46,628 nt of DNA from positions 1-46,628 of IMG/VR virus record IMGVR_UViG_3300014613_000008; one strand, 5' to 3'. Shown piece by piece: positions 36,701 to 44,305 of this stretch. Position numbers and translations under genes: made by a program. Source of the stretch: a virus. Its lineage: Duplodnaviria; Caudoviricetes. The number at the start of each line of letters is the position of its first letter. Position 1 is the stretch's first letter. Below the pieces are notes generated by a model that ran no database searches, was not told the origin of the DNA, and saw nothing but the letters and a program-made list of their open reading frames with translations.

Positions 36701-39700
36701 GTTCCGCCACCTCGACCAGAAAGTTTGTCCGTAAAACCCTTGAGCCGAACCTGGGTGTAGAAATAATCACCGACATCGTCACCGAACCCTGTCTCGCGGG
36801 TCTCTTTCTCCATCCTGGCCCAGAACTCGTCGTCGCCCTCGCCTTCTTTCTTCAGGAGGTTGATGTCGTCTTGGATCCTTTCCGCTGCCTGTTCCTGCTC
36901 TTCTTTGGATGGCCCCGCCCACTCTTCCCCGGCCTCGCCCAACTTAATCCCTTCGCCGGCTTGGTATTGAATGGCCGCTTGCTTGAGCAGCGAGTAGATG
37001 TCCTCGGTAACGAAACTGTAACCGTAATCTTTCTCCAGGGCGTCCTGTACTTCATCGAAAGAGAGGGCGTCAGGCGACTTGCTCACCATGAACTTGGGGA
37101 CGTTTTCCGTAAATTCTGACGACACCTTCCCCGTGGTGACGCTCTTGGCCGGCTTTATCCCGCGCCCACCCGTAACGGCAAAGATGTCGTCGTAGATCTT
37201 GACCTTGCCCTTGGGCCAGCCGACAATCCCGCGGGCCATGGACGCCTTCGCCCGAGACGCCATGATCTTCCGTGTCTTGTACGTCGTTGCCGCGGGGATC
37301 CGCAACGCCTTCCGGTTATAGACAAAGAAATCGTGCTTCCCGCTTCCGCCCGTGTAGGATTTATAAAGATCCTTGCTGCCGTACTTATCCGTTTTCCCAA
37401 AGTATTCCCATTCGCCGGGGGCATGCTTGACCTCGAGAACATCGTAGCCGGCCTTCTTCGCGGCCTTGATGAGCGCGGGAAGCGCGTCCCGGGTGTAGGT
37501 GGTTCGGACGAACTGCTGGGCTTTCTTCAGCGAGTCAATCGTCAGGATCCTAGCATCCGGTTTCAGGAAGGCCTCTATCGACTTGAGGGGCGTCTTTCTT
37601 AGGGCGTTCGGGACTTTGATATACGCCTGTTTCTCGTAGTCATAGTAGGAGTAGTCGAGGTCTCCCTTGCCTTCCCCGACGAAAATATCGGCAGAGGCCC
37701 ACCGCTCGGGATCCTTGGTGAAATAGAGTATCCCGCGGCCCATCTTCTGAGCAGGAGCATAGCCCTTTTTGCCCTTGGGGATGTCCACTTGCCCGATACC
37801 GAAAAGGGGCGGCAACTTTGTGTTGAATCCCGTGTCATAGATCTTCTCGATGTTCTCTTCTTTGGTCCAATGATAGATCGCTTCTTCCGCCCGCGCGGTC
37901 CCCACCGTCTCGGTTGGGCCGACCTTGCCCGCGTTCTTCGTGAGGTAGAAATTCTTGTCCGCTTCCTCAAGGGACGCCCCGAATCCGGCAACGAGTTCGA
38001 TCGGCTTCCCGTTGATGACGACGCCCTTCAGTTCTTCGTTCAGTTTATTAACGTCAGCCTGAAGTTCCTGTGGATCGTTTCCGCGGAGAGTGAACTCGTC
38101 CCCGCCGTATCGGGACGCCCTCCACGTGATCGGGTTGTCCCCCTCATTGAATCTCTCAAGCCGGTCTTGGATCTCGGAAAAGACCTGTTGGTCCGTTCCT
38201 TCGTGGGTCAGCATGTCGTTCCAGCCGCGGAGATCCTTGACGTCGAGCATCGCCACGTACTTGTAGACACCCTTTCGTTCTTGGATCTCGGATAGTTGGG
38301 CGTTCCCGATCCCCGCCATCTTCTCATGCTCGAGCATGCCTCGAGCGAATTCGAGATCTTCAGGTTTGGCTGGGATCTTGCCTTCGAAGTCAGCGATCGC
38401 GGTGTCGATGACGCGACGTTTGGCCAAGTTTTCCGGTCGACGCATACCCCGCGGGGCCTCCGGAAGGCCCAAAGGCTCCCCTGGGACGGCGGGTGGTTCA
38501 GCCACCGGAGGGGCCTCTCCGGGCCTAGGCGGGGCGATCTCCCCCGGAGGCAGCCCTCGGGTAGGGGAAGGGGTAGGTTGTGGCCCTGGGGCCGCTCCAG
38601 CGGGCGGAGCGGGCCTTCCTACGGCCTGTGTCTGGAAGGGTTCCCCCGGTTGGATCGCAAAAGGCTTTGGCGCTGGCTTGAAAATGTCCATCATCCCAGG
38701 TTTGCGGCCAAACCCCTTGACCATGCCCTCGTTGATCGCACGCCTCCACCCGGGACTCTGATTGAACAGGTCGATGATGGCGGTGTCGATCTCTGTCCAT
38801 GCTTCTGTGGTCCGGCCCGCGGCCTTCGCCTTCATCTTGTTGTAGAGGTTCTGGATGTCCTTCCCGGTGAACTCGAACCCGCCTCCCTCCGGAGTCGTGA
38901 CCTTGACGCCAGGGCCATACCCAGGTCTCCGGCCTCCGCCGCGGAACCGAAACCCGGTGTAATTCTTGTTCCAATTCAGAATCCTGGCGGCTTGGCCGAT
39001 CCCAAGCGCTCCAGACTCGAACACCGCGAAGAAGAGGAGTGCTGACGGGGTTTGCTCGAGTCGCTTCAGGAACGTATCCTTTCCTTCCGGCTTCCCGGCA
39101 ATCCCAAACGGAACACCCAGGGAGATGGTCCTGATCGCGGCCTGGAGGATCGGAACGGTTGTCGCACGAACGGCGATCCTGGTCCCGATACCGCCGCCGA
39201 CAAGTTTTCCGCCCACCATCCTTTGGGGTCCAGCAAGGCCTCTGAAAACCGGGAAAAGACCCACTATCCCAGCGATTGTCTGTGTTGCTTCCCGGCCAAG
39301 TTTGGGGTCATAGCCGAGAGCCTCAATCTGCTGCTGACGTTCTGTCTCGCGGAACTCCGCGGCGGATCCCGGCTCAATCGCTTCCATGACCGCATCGAAC
39401 GTGATATAACCGCCCGAAACGAATCTTGGGATCGCCTCGAGAACGGCCGCGGCCATGCCCTGGCCCTTGATCTTTCCTTGGAGATCGGCCTTGATGAGGT
39501 CTCCGACCTGCTTGAACGCGCTACGTACGGCCCTGGTCGGAGGATTGAATGTGATCTGCGGGAACTTCGGCCCGTCAGGAACTCCGACCTGCTCCGGGCC
39601 AACCGTGATGATCGGCTCTCTCCGGAGTGGATTCCATGCCGTCTTTTCCATCCACTCCTGCATCCCGGGCGGGACTGGCTCCGGTTCGGGCGGAGGCGCT

Positions 39701-40032
39701 TCGACCAAACCTTTCCCAACCATCCACGCGCCGACGTCTTTCTTCATCTCCTCGCGGAGGTTGATCGGCCTGTCGATGAGTTCGCCCTTGAGAACACCCT
39801 TCCCTGCTTTCCTGTGTTCCGCAGAAGCCTTCCGGTACTCTTCGGTAAAGAGTTCCGGCCTCTTGCGATCGACCGTCCTCATTTCGACGAGTCCGCGGTC
39901 CTGCATCCACGAAAGCACCTGCGGGTTGTAGGGGGTTTTTCCCGTGGCTATGCGCGGTGTGCCGCGGTACTTCGGCGGCTTATCCTCTTCTTCCCCAATC
40001 GGAGGAAGGATCTGCTCTTCAGGCGTGGCCAT
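30724..40032 (-). CDS. Giant polyvalent internal-virion/ejection protein (GGDEF, ART-like, GHKL ATPase, HEXXH peptidase, sigma-like r2+r4, helical C-terminal domain)
   Basis: 3102 aa; third and largest of three genes after the tail fibre, i.e. the T7 gp14-16 / P22 gp7-20-16 position. Motifs are detailed in the findings. Confidence 0.85.
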   Translation of the reverse strand: MATPEEQILPPIGEEEDKPPKYRGTPRIATGKTPYNPQVLSWMQDRGLVEMRTVDRKRPELFTEEYRKASAEHRKAGKGVLKGELIDRPINLREEMKKDVGAWMVGKGLVEAPPPEPEPVPPGMQEWMEKTAWNPLRREPIITVGPEQVGVPDGPKFPQITFNPPTRAVRSAFKQVGDLIKADLQGKIKGQGMAAAVLEAIPRFVSGGYITFDAVMEAIEPGSAAEFRETERQQQIEALGYDPKLGREATQTIAGIVGLFPVFRGLAGPQRMVGGKLVGGGIGTRIAVRATTVPILQAAIRTISLGVPFGIAGKPEGKDTFLKRLEQTPSALLFFAVFESGALGIGQAARILNWNKNYTGFRFRGGGRRPGYGPGVKVTTPEGGGFEFTGKDIQNLYNKMKAKAAGRTTEAWTEIDTAIIDLFNQSPGWRRAINEGMVKGFGRKPGMMDIFKPAPKPFAIQPGEPFQTQAVGRPAPPAGAAPGPQPTPSPTRGLPPGEIAPPRPGEAPPVAEPPAVPGEPLGLPEAPRGMRRPENLAKRRVIDTAIADFEGKIPAKPEDLEFARGMLEHEKMAGIGNAQLSEIQERKGVYKYVAMLDVKDLRGWNDMLTHEGTDQQVFSEIQDRLERFNEGDNPITWRASRYGGDEFTLRGNDPQELQADVNKLNEELKGVVINGKPIELVAGFGASLEEADKNFYLTKNAGKVGPTETVGTARAEEAIYHWTKEENIEKIYDTGFNTKLPPLFGIGQVDIPKGKKGYAPAQKMGRGILYFTKDPERWASADIFVGEGKGDLDYSYYDYEKQAYIKVPNALRKTPLKSIEAFLKPDARILTIDSLKKAQQFVRTTYTRDALPALIKAAKKAGYDVLEVKHAPGEWEYFGKTDKYGSKDLYKSYTGGSGKHDFFVYNRKALRIPAATTYKTRKIMASRAKASMARGIVGWPKGKVKIYDDIFAVTGGRGIKPAKSVTTGKVSSEFTENVPKFMVSKSPDALSFDEVQDALEKDYGYSFVTEDIYSLLKQAAIQYQAGEGIKLGEAGEEWAGPSKEEQEQAAERIQDDINLLKKEGEGDDEFWARMEKETRETGFGDDVGDYFYTQVRLKGFTDKLSGRGGGTEEGPAFKVARAEPRPLPVQPKIPEEGLYTAVRTDDGGIYFGKEPNHYLLVEKLGLPAERVIGGGFIRDGVYNESPWSEAGRIGRDAREALGLPREVFAQVKDLREEKYGTATGVIPLESPPQEILDELAEAARLGKGSDFVFELLEGKQAPDLSPGMINGGIEFYLNKLTEQDRARLKPSEIGVLGESTGPSLGIEKAIPMQMRVDAVRAWNNAAVTKYGDVALGDKALQEAQQNAVDAVIMALKSGEISEGKIHLKFRDGLIEIEDNGIGMSDEDVANVFLSLYGTGKTIEGAIGNFGIGKAVILGPHEQTIWSLETRDNYVDSAIVKRAGGARAVPKRQGTKLSVTWPFEKQTNKEYYQDVMTEVAPLYVLLNSVPKDKIKFTWEKAQAPEKFDKTLDQELLKRPQENLLDRIEGVKKEAAGAEGITFEIMYYPLPELDKLDAYWRHELKLPSLMGWMDVSKYLSRNVLYRIAHPTMPEVRLIQNIARQYNEGYSGLLVVDILTKIKPEDPQYPLADNRQSFKSGELNSQVLDIVRSLSQDPESSMRAAIKSNEEILAGRGEWKQTLDNVHNNPVMIKLRQLIRMLKTDDGKSILPLNLHTMKIKIDEGYEQELGGSEENAIFLTVYDAVAKIFHQAADAPYKELYALLSRELMGKVVASEYSGSRSRLPENRGRLGLNHNLYNFDSKRATNPSNYAVAVMEYVAHEFTHEYYSHGEKFDMKFTEILNSVAHRFGDLLGIAEVVTGKPVKITRLPKKTRTRSSSGMVREIPADQARDLTAPQMQLNLDMMEVNDVSDPIYQEGGVPTENPGADGQSQDPPEYAIRRVRDVAQPGLFPEGPQGARRPADRDRPELDRTTGLPLPRGAAEQPRPPGAPEGQPPGVGVRQDRAVVSEEPFALAPPEEKAPPLRPEPAYVPREGERLPQGVLPMPEAAPLYEGAAVVGPSKEEIANTVTKLTTGKNFPTQWVGNTPEEIQDNRQNVLLYAMEHYNPSTGPLENYVNSIKRHFLKGEMPSGERAVAFERQHAEVQWPEAGLRSRGVLPSEALTTAAQPDFPEAASVFGEETGPVGKPPAEPEYAGLEAREEAFGSEEIRVINVLRTVAQRAARGDVVLEERYNEILRSRLMQSPESFASLGKRLGMSKSVAHETFQNLLAQLTDSDAIKQMMKDRMIKLGLGPVPNEEDLRRLAKWIRKFFFRTRGATVAIDRQNDERLGSKMAEIFDQTVDVNNLRKWLDKQPAAVNDYLMDLYAGDITGNGYNDIMNSHLPQDVKDNLLRLRRRSDRLSELIVTYGALPAETEETFQRNMSKYLMKAYRLFEDKHWSPTTAQKAAFKRDLMTRYQMTDDEAEAFVQGELAYARNDEGIRPVRKQKTKRIPTESYIHRKELSPAWREFAGEIERLPWLLMKTVTKQATMAYNAKFLSWLANSYGENTPRNPGGLWTKDPERARKIRTSADKAESWIHSRLPDDHAYGELRGAFVAPELFQYVKREIDYARSEMEQVIQKFVMNPFKWTKTIGSYPTHMRNLEGNIVFSVLARNSLLNPLNWKYYGKAFQIIKGLSTTHRAEWAEMIKHGVTETQFYGAEIPRMHDKIMNFDDPEWYEKLWDAAVSLPIDKLGEFYNFEDSWYRVAAHLHNLDRGMSAVESVAEVNDALPNYRKLPLIADFLRRWPFLGPFISFRWNAATIILKQAERGYQEASNPRTRGRGFGRLITAATVLALPSIMSEVSKRIFDVDDEKVRQLESYYPDYRRNGTFVYFRMHKDGPLKVFDLSYINPFGEFERFGKALATGDIVSMKDAADFFSHPLFDVWSMLIAGRDPQWGTEYNTFFQRLSAVAAYLYMPASMPIPDLSGVIKGHLGPGENVRPGILTGPQIKAIIDAYNQNPDRYGRIRHLPEEIKNFFTGIRTWDVDPMALMAGAVKDRMQQKSDAKADFDMWLKKNSTAPQWQVDEKAKARNKRMEAIGKEMEAIGKLVEELEKDGFLAKRTRY

Positions 40033-40033
40033 G

Positions 40034-41281
40034 CTATCTCTTTATCGGTTCGGGTGGTCTTAGAACTTCCTCGTAATACTTGGTGGCTTCCTCCATGAGC
40101 CACGCGTCCTCCTCCGCTGTCGGAAGGTAATAAGCCCTGTCGAAAATCGTCCGCGCCCGTTGCTTTTCGTCCGGAGTGGCGGTAGCCCATCTCGCCTCGA
40201 CGTCCTTTGCGAAGGCCAACTCATTGGTCGTGACGGGCGGGTGCATTACGTCCTGCATCATCTTCTTGGCCATGCGGATCTGTGCCTCCCGGGATCCCCT
40301 TTCGGCTACTGCTTCATCGGTCTGTCGTTCTCCGGTATAGGGGTCCATCAGGTTTCCGTAGCCCGCGTCAGCGGCCGGCGCCCCGGGTACTCCTGCACGC
40401 GGCGGCACTCCCGCTTCTCCTTCGACGGGAGCCGCGGCCCCGCCTCTCAGTTGGTAGGCGTTGTAGGCCTCCGCGACGAACCTCTCTTGGAGTGGGGTCA
40501 TGACCATCCCTGGCTTCAAACTCTGCTTGATCTCCTGAAGGTACTGAAGGACTTGGCCCCTCAGCTTAGAGGGCAACGGATCCGGAGCCTTTCCCGTCAC
40601 CGCTTGGTACTGCGCCATGAGCCGCTGGAGCGCGGTGGTCGACGGCTGGGCGCCCTCGTTGGCGACGAACCCCTGGGCATCATCGATGTACTTGACCTGT
40701 TCTCTCCGGTACTTGTCTGCGATGTCAAACCCCCCCGCTCCGGCCGTCAAGCCGGCGATTCTGTTCCGTTCCTCCTCGATCTTCTGCTGTCTGCGGGCAT
40801 TGATATTCACGGATGTCCTCTCTGTGGCCCATTGAGCGGCCTGGGATCCGAAACCGTCGAGGAGGCTGTTGTAATTATCCGGTGTCGTCTCGCCTTTCTG
40901 GACCGCGAAAAGGGCATTGGTCAATTTCTCGAGCATCGGCTTCATTTCGCTTTGCGCCTCTTCCGCCAAATGCTCGGTCCCGGGCGGAAGTTCACCAACG
41001 CGGCCCAGGTGGATCATGGCGGTGATCTGATCGAACCTGGGATCTCGGGCGATGTCGAGGAGGACTTTCCTCTGTGCTTCCGCCATCCGTAGGCCGGACT
41101 TCTTCTCCTCGAGTCCTCCTTCGAGTTCTGCGCCTCTTTCCATCCGGCCCATGGCTAAGGTGTTCGCATATTCCTCCTGCCTCATCCTCCGCTGAGACGC
41201 CCGCTTATCGAGCATGTCGTACTGAAGGAACTGATTGAACCGCTGGATCGCTTTTCTTGATTCAGAGAAATCGAGTGGCAT
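40034..41281 (-). CDS. Internal virion/ejection protein (middle)
   Basis: 415 aa, helical, Q/A/E/R-rich; position in the ejection triad. Confidence 0.65.
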   Translation of the reverse strand: MPLDFSESRKAIQRFNQFLQYDMLDKRASQRRMRQEEYANTLAMGRMERGAELEGGLEEKKSGLRMAEAQRKVLLDIARDPRFDQITAMIHLGRVGELPPGTEHLAEEAQSEMKPMLEKLTNALFAVQKGETTPDNYNSLLDGFGSQAAQWATERTSVNINARRQQKIEEERNRIAGLTAGAGGFDIADKYRREQVKYIDDAQGFVANEGAQPSTTALQRLMAQYQAVTGKAPDPLPSKLRGQVLQYLQEIKQSLKPGMVMTPLQERFVAEAYNAYQLRGGAAAPVEGEAGVPPRAGVPGAPAADAGYGNLMDPYTGERQTDEAVAERGSREAQIRMAKKMMQDVMHPPVTTNELAFAKDVEARWATATPDEKQRARTIFDRAYYLPTAEEDAWLMEEATKYYEEVLRPPEPIKR

Positions 41282-41290
41282 AGTCGTCTC

Positions 41291-41932
41291 CTACCTTGCC
41301 GTCAGCCAATCATACGGAACGAGGCCAAACCCAGGGCCGGTCCGCTCTTGGGCCAAGGAGAACAGGTTCGGGTCATAGAGATCCTTGGACAACGTCATGA
41401 CGTCGTCTCCCAATGCTCCCGTTTTATCACCGCCTCCGTCGCCCATGCCCATAATCGCGAACATCGTGGCGATGTCCGTGAAGCCCGGTGCTTTATTCAC
41501 CCGGGAGACGTCCGCTCCAACTCCAGCGCCAAGGATCTGCGTGGCCAGGGAGAGATCCTGCTGCTTCTTTGCACCCTTGGCGATCGTCATGTCGCGGATC
41601 GCGTTCGCAACTAGGTTCTCGTTCGCCCAGGCACTCTTTCTCCCCGCTGAGAGTTCGGCTCCCGTCCCAAGCATCCCCGCCCTTCCGTACGCTTCGGTCG
41701 TCTGCTGGCGCACGTTTCTTCCTTGTGCGCGGATGTTCTCAAAGTCCTTCCCGAACAAGGCGGCGATCTCTTCCTCAGAGTAGCCAGGACTCTGAGCAAG
41801 CGACAACCCTTGCTGCCCGAGGACTTTCAGAAGAGCCTCGATCTCCGGTGGATATTTCTTTCCACGACCTGCCAGGAGAGCGTCCAACAGGGCGCTCCCC
41901 GCTACCGCTACCGCTGCCCATGGGAAAGCCAT
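41291..41932 (-). CDS. Internal virion/ejection protein (small)
   Basis: Hydrophobic G/A-rich N-terminus, YGRAGMLGTG motif; first of the triad. Confidence 0.65.
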   Translation of the reverse strand: MAFPWAAVAVAGSALLDALLAGRGKKYPPEIEALLKVLGQQGLSLAQSPGYSEEEIAALFGKDFENIRAQGRNVRQQTTEAYGRAGMLGTGAELSAGRKSAWANENLVANAIRDMTIAKGAKKQQDLSLATQILGAGVGADVSRVNKAPGFTDIATMFAIMGMGDGGGDKTGALGDDVMTLSKDLYDPNLFSLAQERTGPGFGLVPYDWLTAR

Positions 41933-41941
41933 GTTATCCTC

Positions 41942-42211
41942 CTACTTCAGAGTATTAAGCGTTCTCTTCATTTCGTCAACTGATTTTTCGAGGCCGCCGA
42001 TGGAAACTTTGATTCCGGCCACGTCGGTCGGGACTGTCTTTAGGCCTTCCATGCACGTCTCGAGAGTGGCCAGCCTCTTCTCCAGGGCGACGTCCTCCCC
42101 GGAGTTTTTTGCGATAGTCATAACTGCTCCGTAGGCCGCGAGGGCCAGGATGAGGACTACTTGGAGCAATCCCTTAGTCAGCCACGATGGGCCGTTCATT
42201 TTCAAGTCCAT
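41942..42211 (-). CDS. Small TM + coiled-coil protein
   Basis: N-terminal TM helix followed by heptads. Confidence 0.65.
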   Translation of the reverse strand: MDLKMNGPSWLTKGLLQVVLILALAAYGAVMTIAKNSGEDVALEKRLATLETCMEGLKTVPTDVAGIKVSIGGLEKSVDEMKRTLNTLK

Positions 42212-42425
42212 TCTCTTCTCCTCTTTCGTGCGCCCTCTGGAACTCCCCGACGAGACCGCATTTATAACACCGGATCGTTCCCTTGTCAGCCCAGATTACA
42301 AGGCACTTCTTGTTTCCGCACAACGGGCAGTCAGTCCCGAACATGAACCTCGACCCGAAGAGTTTCGTCATCGAAAGGTGGGTGACGACCCTCTCTGCGG
42401 AATCGCGGTCGATGTTCTTCTTCAT
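42174..42425 (-). CDS. Primase-type zinc-finger protein
   Basis: CPLCG...I......RCYKCG..G. Confidence 0.6.
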   Translation of the reverse strand: MKKNIDRDSAERVVTHLSMTKLFGSRFMFGTDCPLCGNKKCLVIWADKGTIRCYKCGLVGEFQRAHERGEENGLENERPIVAD

Positions 42426-42772
42426 GAACTGGTCTCTCCGGGCGGTCTGTCGTTGATGTCGTCATAACCGACAACGTCATAGACGGCGCCCTGGCCCTTT
42501 GCGAATCCGGCCATGTCGATCAGAAGCGTCACCGGGGCGTCCACCCCGTAGACGAACTGGTCGGACGAGAACGACCATTGACCCGCCATTCCAGCAAGGT
42601 CCAGATGGACGGTCTTTTCGTGCCCCGGATCCCGCTCGATGGTCACAGCAATTTCCGCAACCATCGATACGGAGCCGTAAGGAATCTCCACAAGATGCGG
42701 ATTAAGCCGTAGCCGAAACCAGGGCGCGTCTGTCGCCCTAACCTCCCCCGTCACTCTGACCATAAGTCCCAT
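42422..42772 (-). CDS. Beta-sandwich (Ig-like) small protein, putative
   Basis: 116 aa with alternating beta pattern; AGGAGG RBS. Confidence 0.5.
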   Translation of the reverse strand: MGLMVRVTGEVRATDAPWFRLRLNPHLVEIPYGSVSMVAEIAVTIERDPGHEKTVHLDLAGMAGQWSFSSDQFVYGVDAPVTLLIDMAGFAKGQGAVYDVVGYDDINDRPPGETSS

Positions 42773-42787
42773 GTTCTCCTCCTAAAT

Positions 42788-44305
42788 TTATGCCGCCGCC
42801 ATCAAGCCATGAGAAAGCACCGCGGCCTGGAGCGCGGCAATAATTCCATCCGTAGTCACGTCGCCGCTATTCGGGGTATCCGCGATCCGAGCGTCCACCA
42901 CTCGGTTCGACACCACTTGAACTCCGTCCACTTTATAGACCCCCGTGACATTTAAGTCAACGAACGCAGGGCTGGCCGCGACCTTGACGCTTTGGTCTAA
43001 ATAATCCGCGAACTGATACCCGTCCCACAGGTCCGCGTTCAGGTTCGTGACCAGCGTGGTCGAGGTTATCGTGAACGGTGCGGTCCCTATGGCTTGGGAG
43101 AGCGTGAGCGCAACGAAGGACGGGCTGGACGTCGCCCCAAGGGCCTGGCCGAAAGAAAGAACGCCCGCCGCGGAACAGGCGACGTGGGCGTCCCCCGCCG
43201 GAAGAGCGCCCGGGAGCGTTAATGTGAAACTCGCGCCAACCCCGAGCGTCGGGCCAAGGACGTTGACATAGGAGGCCGCTCCATCTAAAGACCTGAACCC
43301 TAAAATATCGGTATGTGCAACGGATCTCCCAATTACGAAATCTCCATAGTGTTGCCAATCCCCCGTCGATTGAATACTCGAGGCCTCAAGATACCCTTGA
43401 TAAGTTCCATACAGGAGCCAGCGGCCGCTTCCAGAATCATCTCCGGTATCCACTTGGACGTAAGCCAATGTTGATCCCAAATAATTCTTGGCCGAGATTT
43501 TGGAAAGGGTGCTGACGCCCTCCCCAGAGTAAAACGACGAATATATCGTTGTCATATAAGGAACGATCCTTAAGTGATCCCCGGTCGCTCCCGTATAGGC
43601 CACCCCAAGAGCACTTCCAACGGCTATTTTGAAACTGTCTGAATCGCTATCGTCTACGCCCATCGTGAACTTAACGGCTGGGCTGGCGCCAAGGGCCCAC
43701 TGGACGACGGGATCCCTTGCTGTCGCAGACGTGTTCGAGACGACAATCTTTGGGGCGGCAGAAGAATCAGAAAGCGTAAGCGTTCCGTCCTTGAGCTTCA
43801 GATAATCGTTTCCGGTAAGGCCATCAGCAGCCGCCAGGACAAAGGAATCTCCATCGCTGTCGTCTACGCCGAGGGTATATTTTACTGCGGGCGTAGCCCC
43901 AACGGAGAACTTTAAGACGGGGTCAAGTTCGGTGTCTGACCAATTCCGGATCTCGACGTAGGGCTGTTCGGAGATCCCCTCGACCAGGACATTCCCTCTT
44001 ACCTGAAAATCGTTATTGTGCGGGTGAACACCTACGCCGACATGACCATCGTAATAGACGAGATTCGAGCCTTCCTTGATCCAGTAGCACCAACCATCCC
44101 CGCCAGCCCCGCCCCCTCCGGTGACCAAAATGGTATTGTTAATCTCTTCCGTGATCTGGTCTCCGGTCTTAAACCCATAGCGGATGAGGTTCTGCTCAAA
44201 CCGTCGCTGGGTCTCGATGTCGTCGAAATGAACGGAGTGACGGCTTTGCATGAATCCCTTGATGGGATCCTCATCCGTCTTTCGTCTCCGTCTTTCAGTT
44301 GGCAT
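42788..44305 (-). CDS. Tail fibre / receptor-binding protein
   Basis: G/S/T/V-rich, internal repeat, GTAPFTITSTTLVTNLNADLWDG fibre motif; follows the nozzle gene. Confidence 0.75.
   Translation of the reverse strand: MPTERRRRKTDEDPIKGFMQSRHSVHFDDIETQRRFEQNLIRYGFKTGDQITEEINNTILVTGGGGAGGDGWCYWIKEGSNLVYYDGHVGVGVHPHNNDFQVRGNVLVEGISEQPYVEIRNWSDTELDPVLKFSVGATPAVKYTLGVDDSDGDSFVLAAADGLTGNDYLKLKDGTLTLSDSSAAPKIVVSNTSATARDPVVQWALGASPAVKFTMGVDDSDSDSFKIAVGSALGVAYTGATGDHLRIVPYMTTIYSSFYSGEGVSTLSKISAKNYLGSTLAYVQVDTGDDSGSGRWLLYGTYQGYLEASSIQSTGDWQHYGDFVIGRSVAHTDILGFRSLDGAASYVNVLGPTLGVGASFTLTLPGALPAGDAHVACSAAGVLSFGQALGATSSPSFVALTLSQAIGTAPFTITSTTLVTNLNADLWDGYQFADYLDQSVKVAASPAFVDLNVTGVYKVDGVQVVSNRVVDARIADTPNSGDVTTDGIIAALQAAVLSHGLMAAA

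Noticed and set aside
30724-40032. Virion RNA polymerase (N4- or crAss-like)
   Set aside because: No DxDGD/DFDID two-barrel motif or T7-type catalytic motifs seen.
31234-40098. Long + strand ORFs (863, 429, 348 aa and others) opposite the giant gene, and similar ones opposite other structural genes
   Set aside because: Antisense shadows of GC-biased codon usage; no recognisable motifs or RBS.
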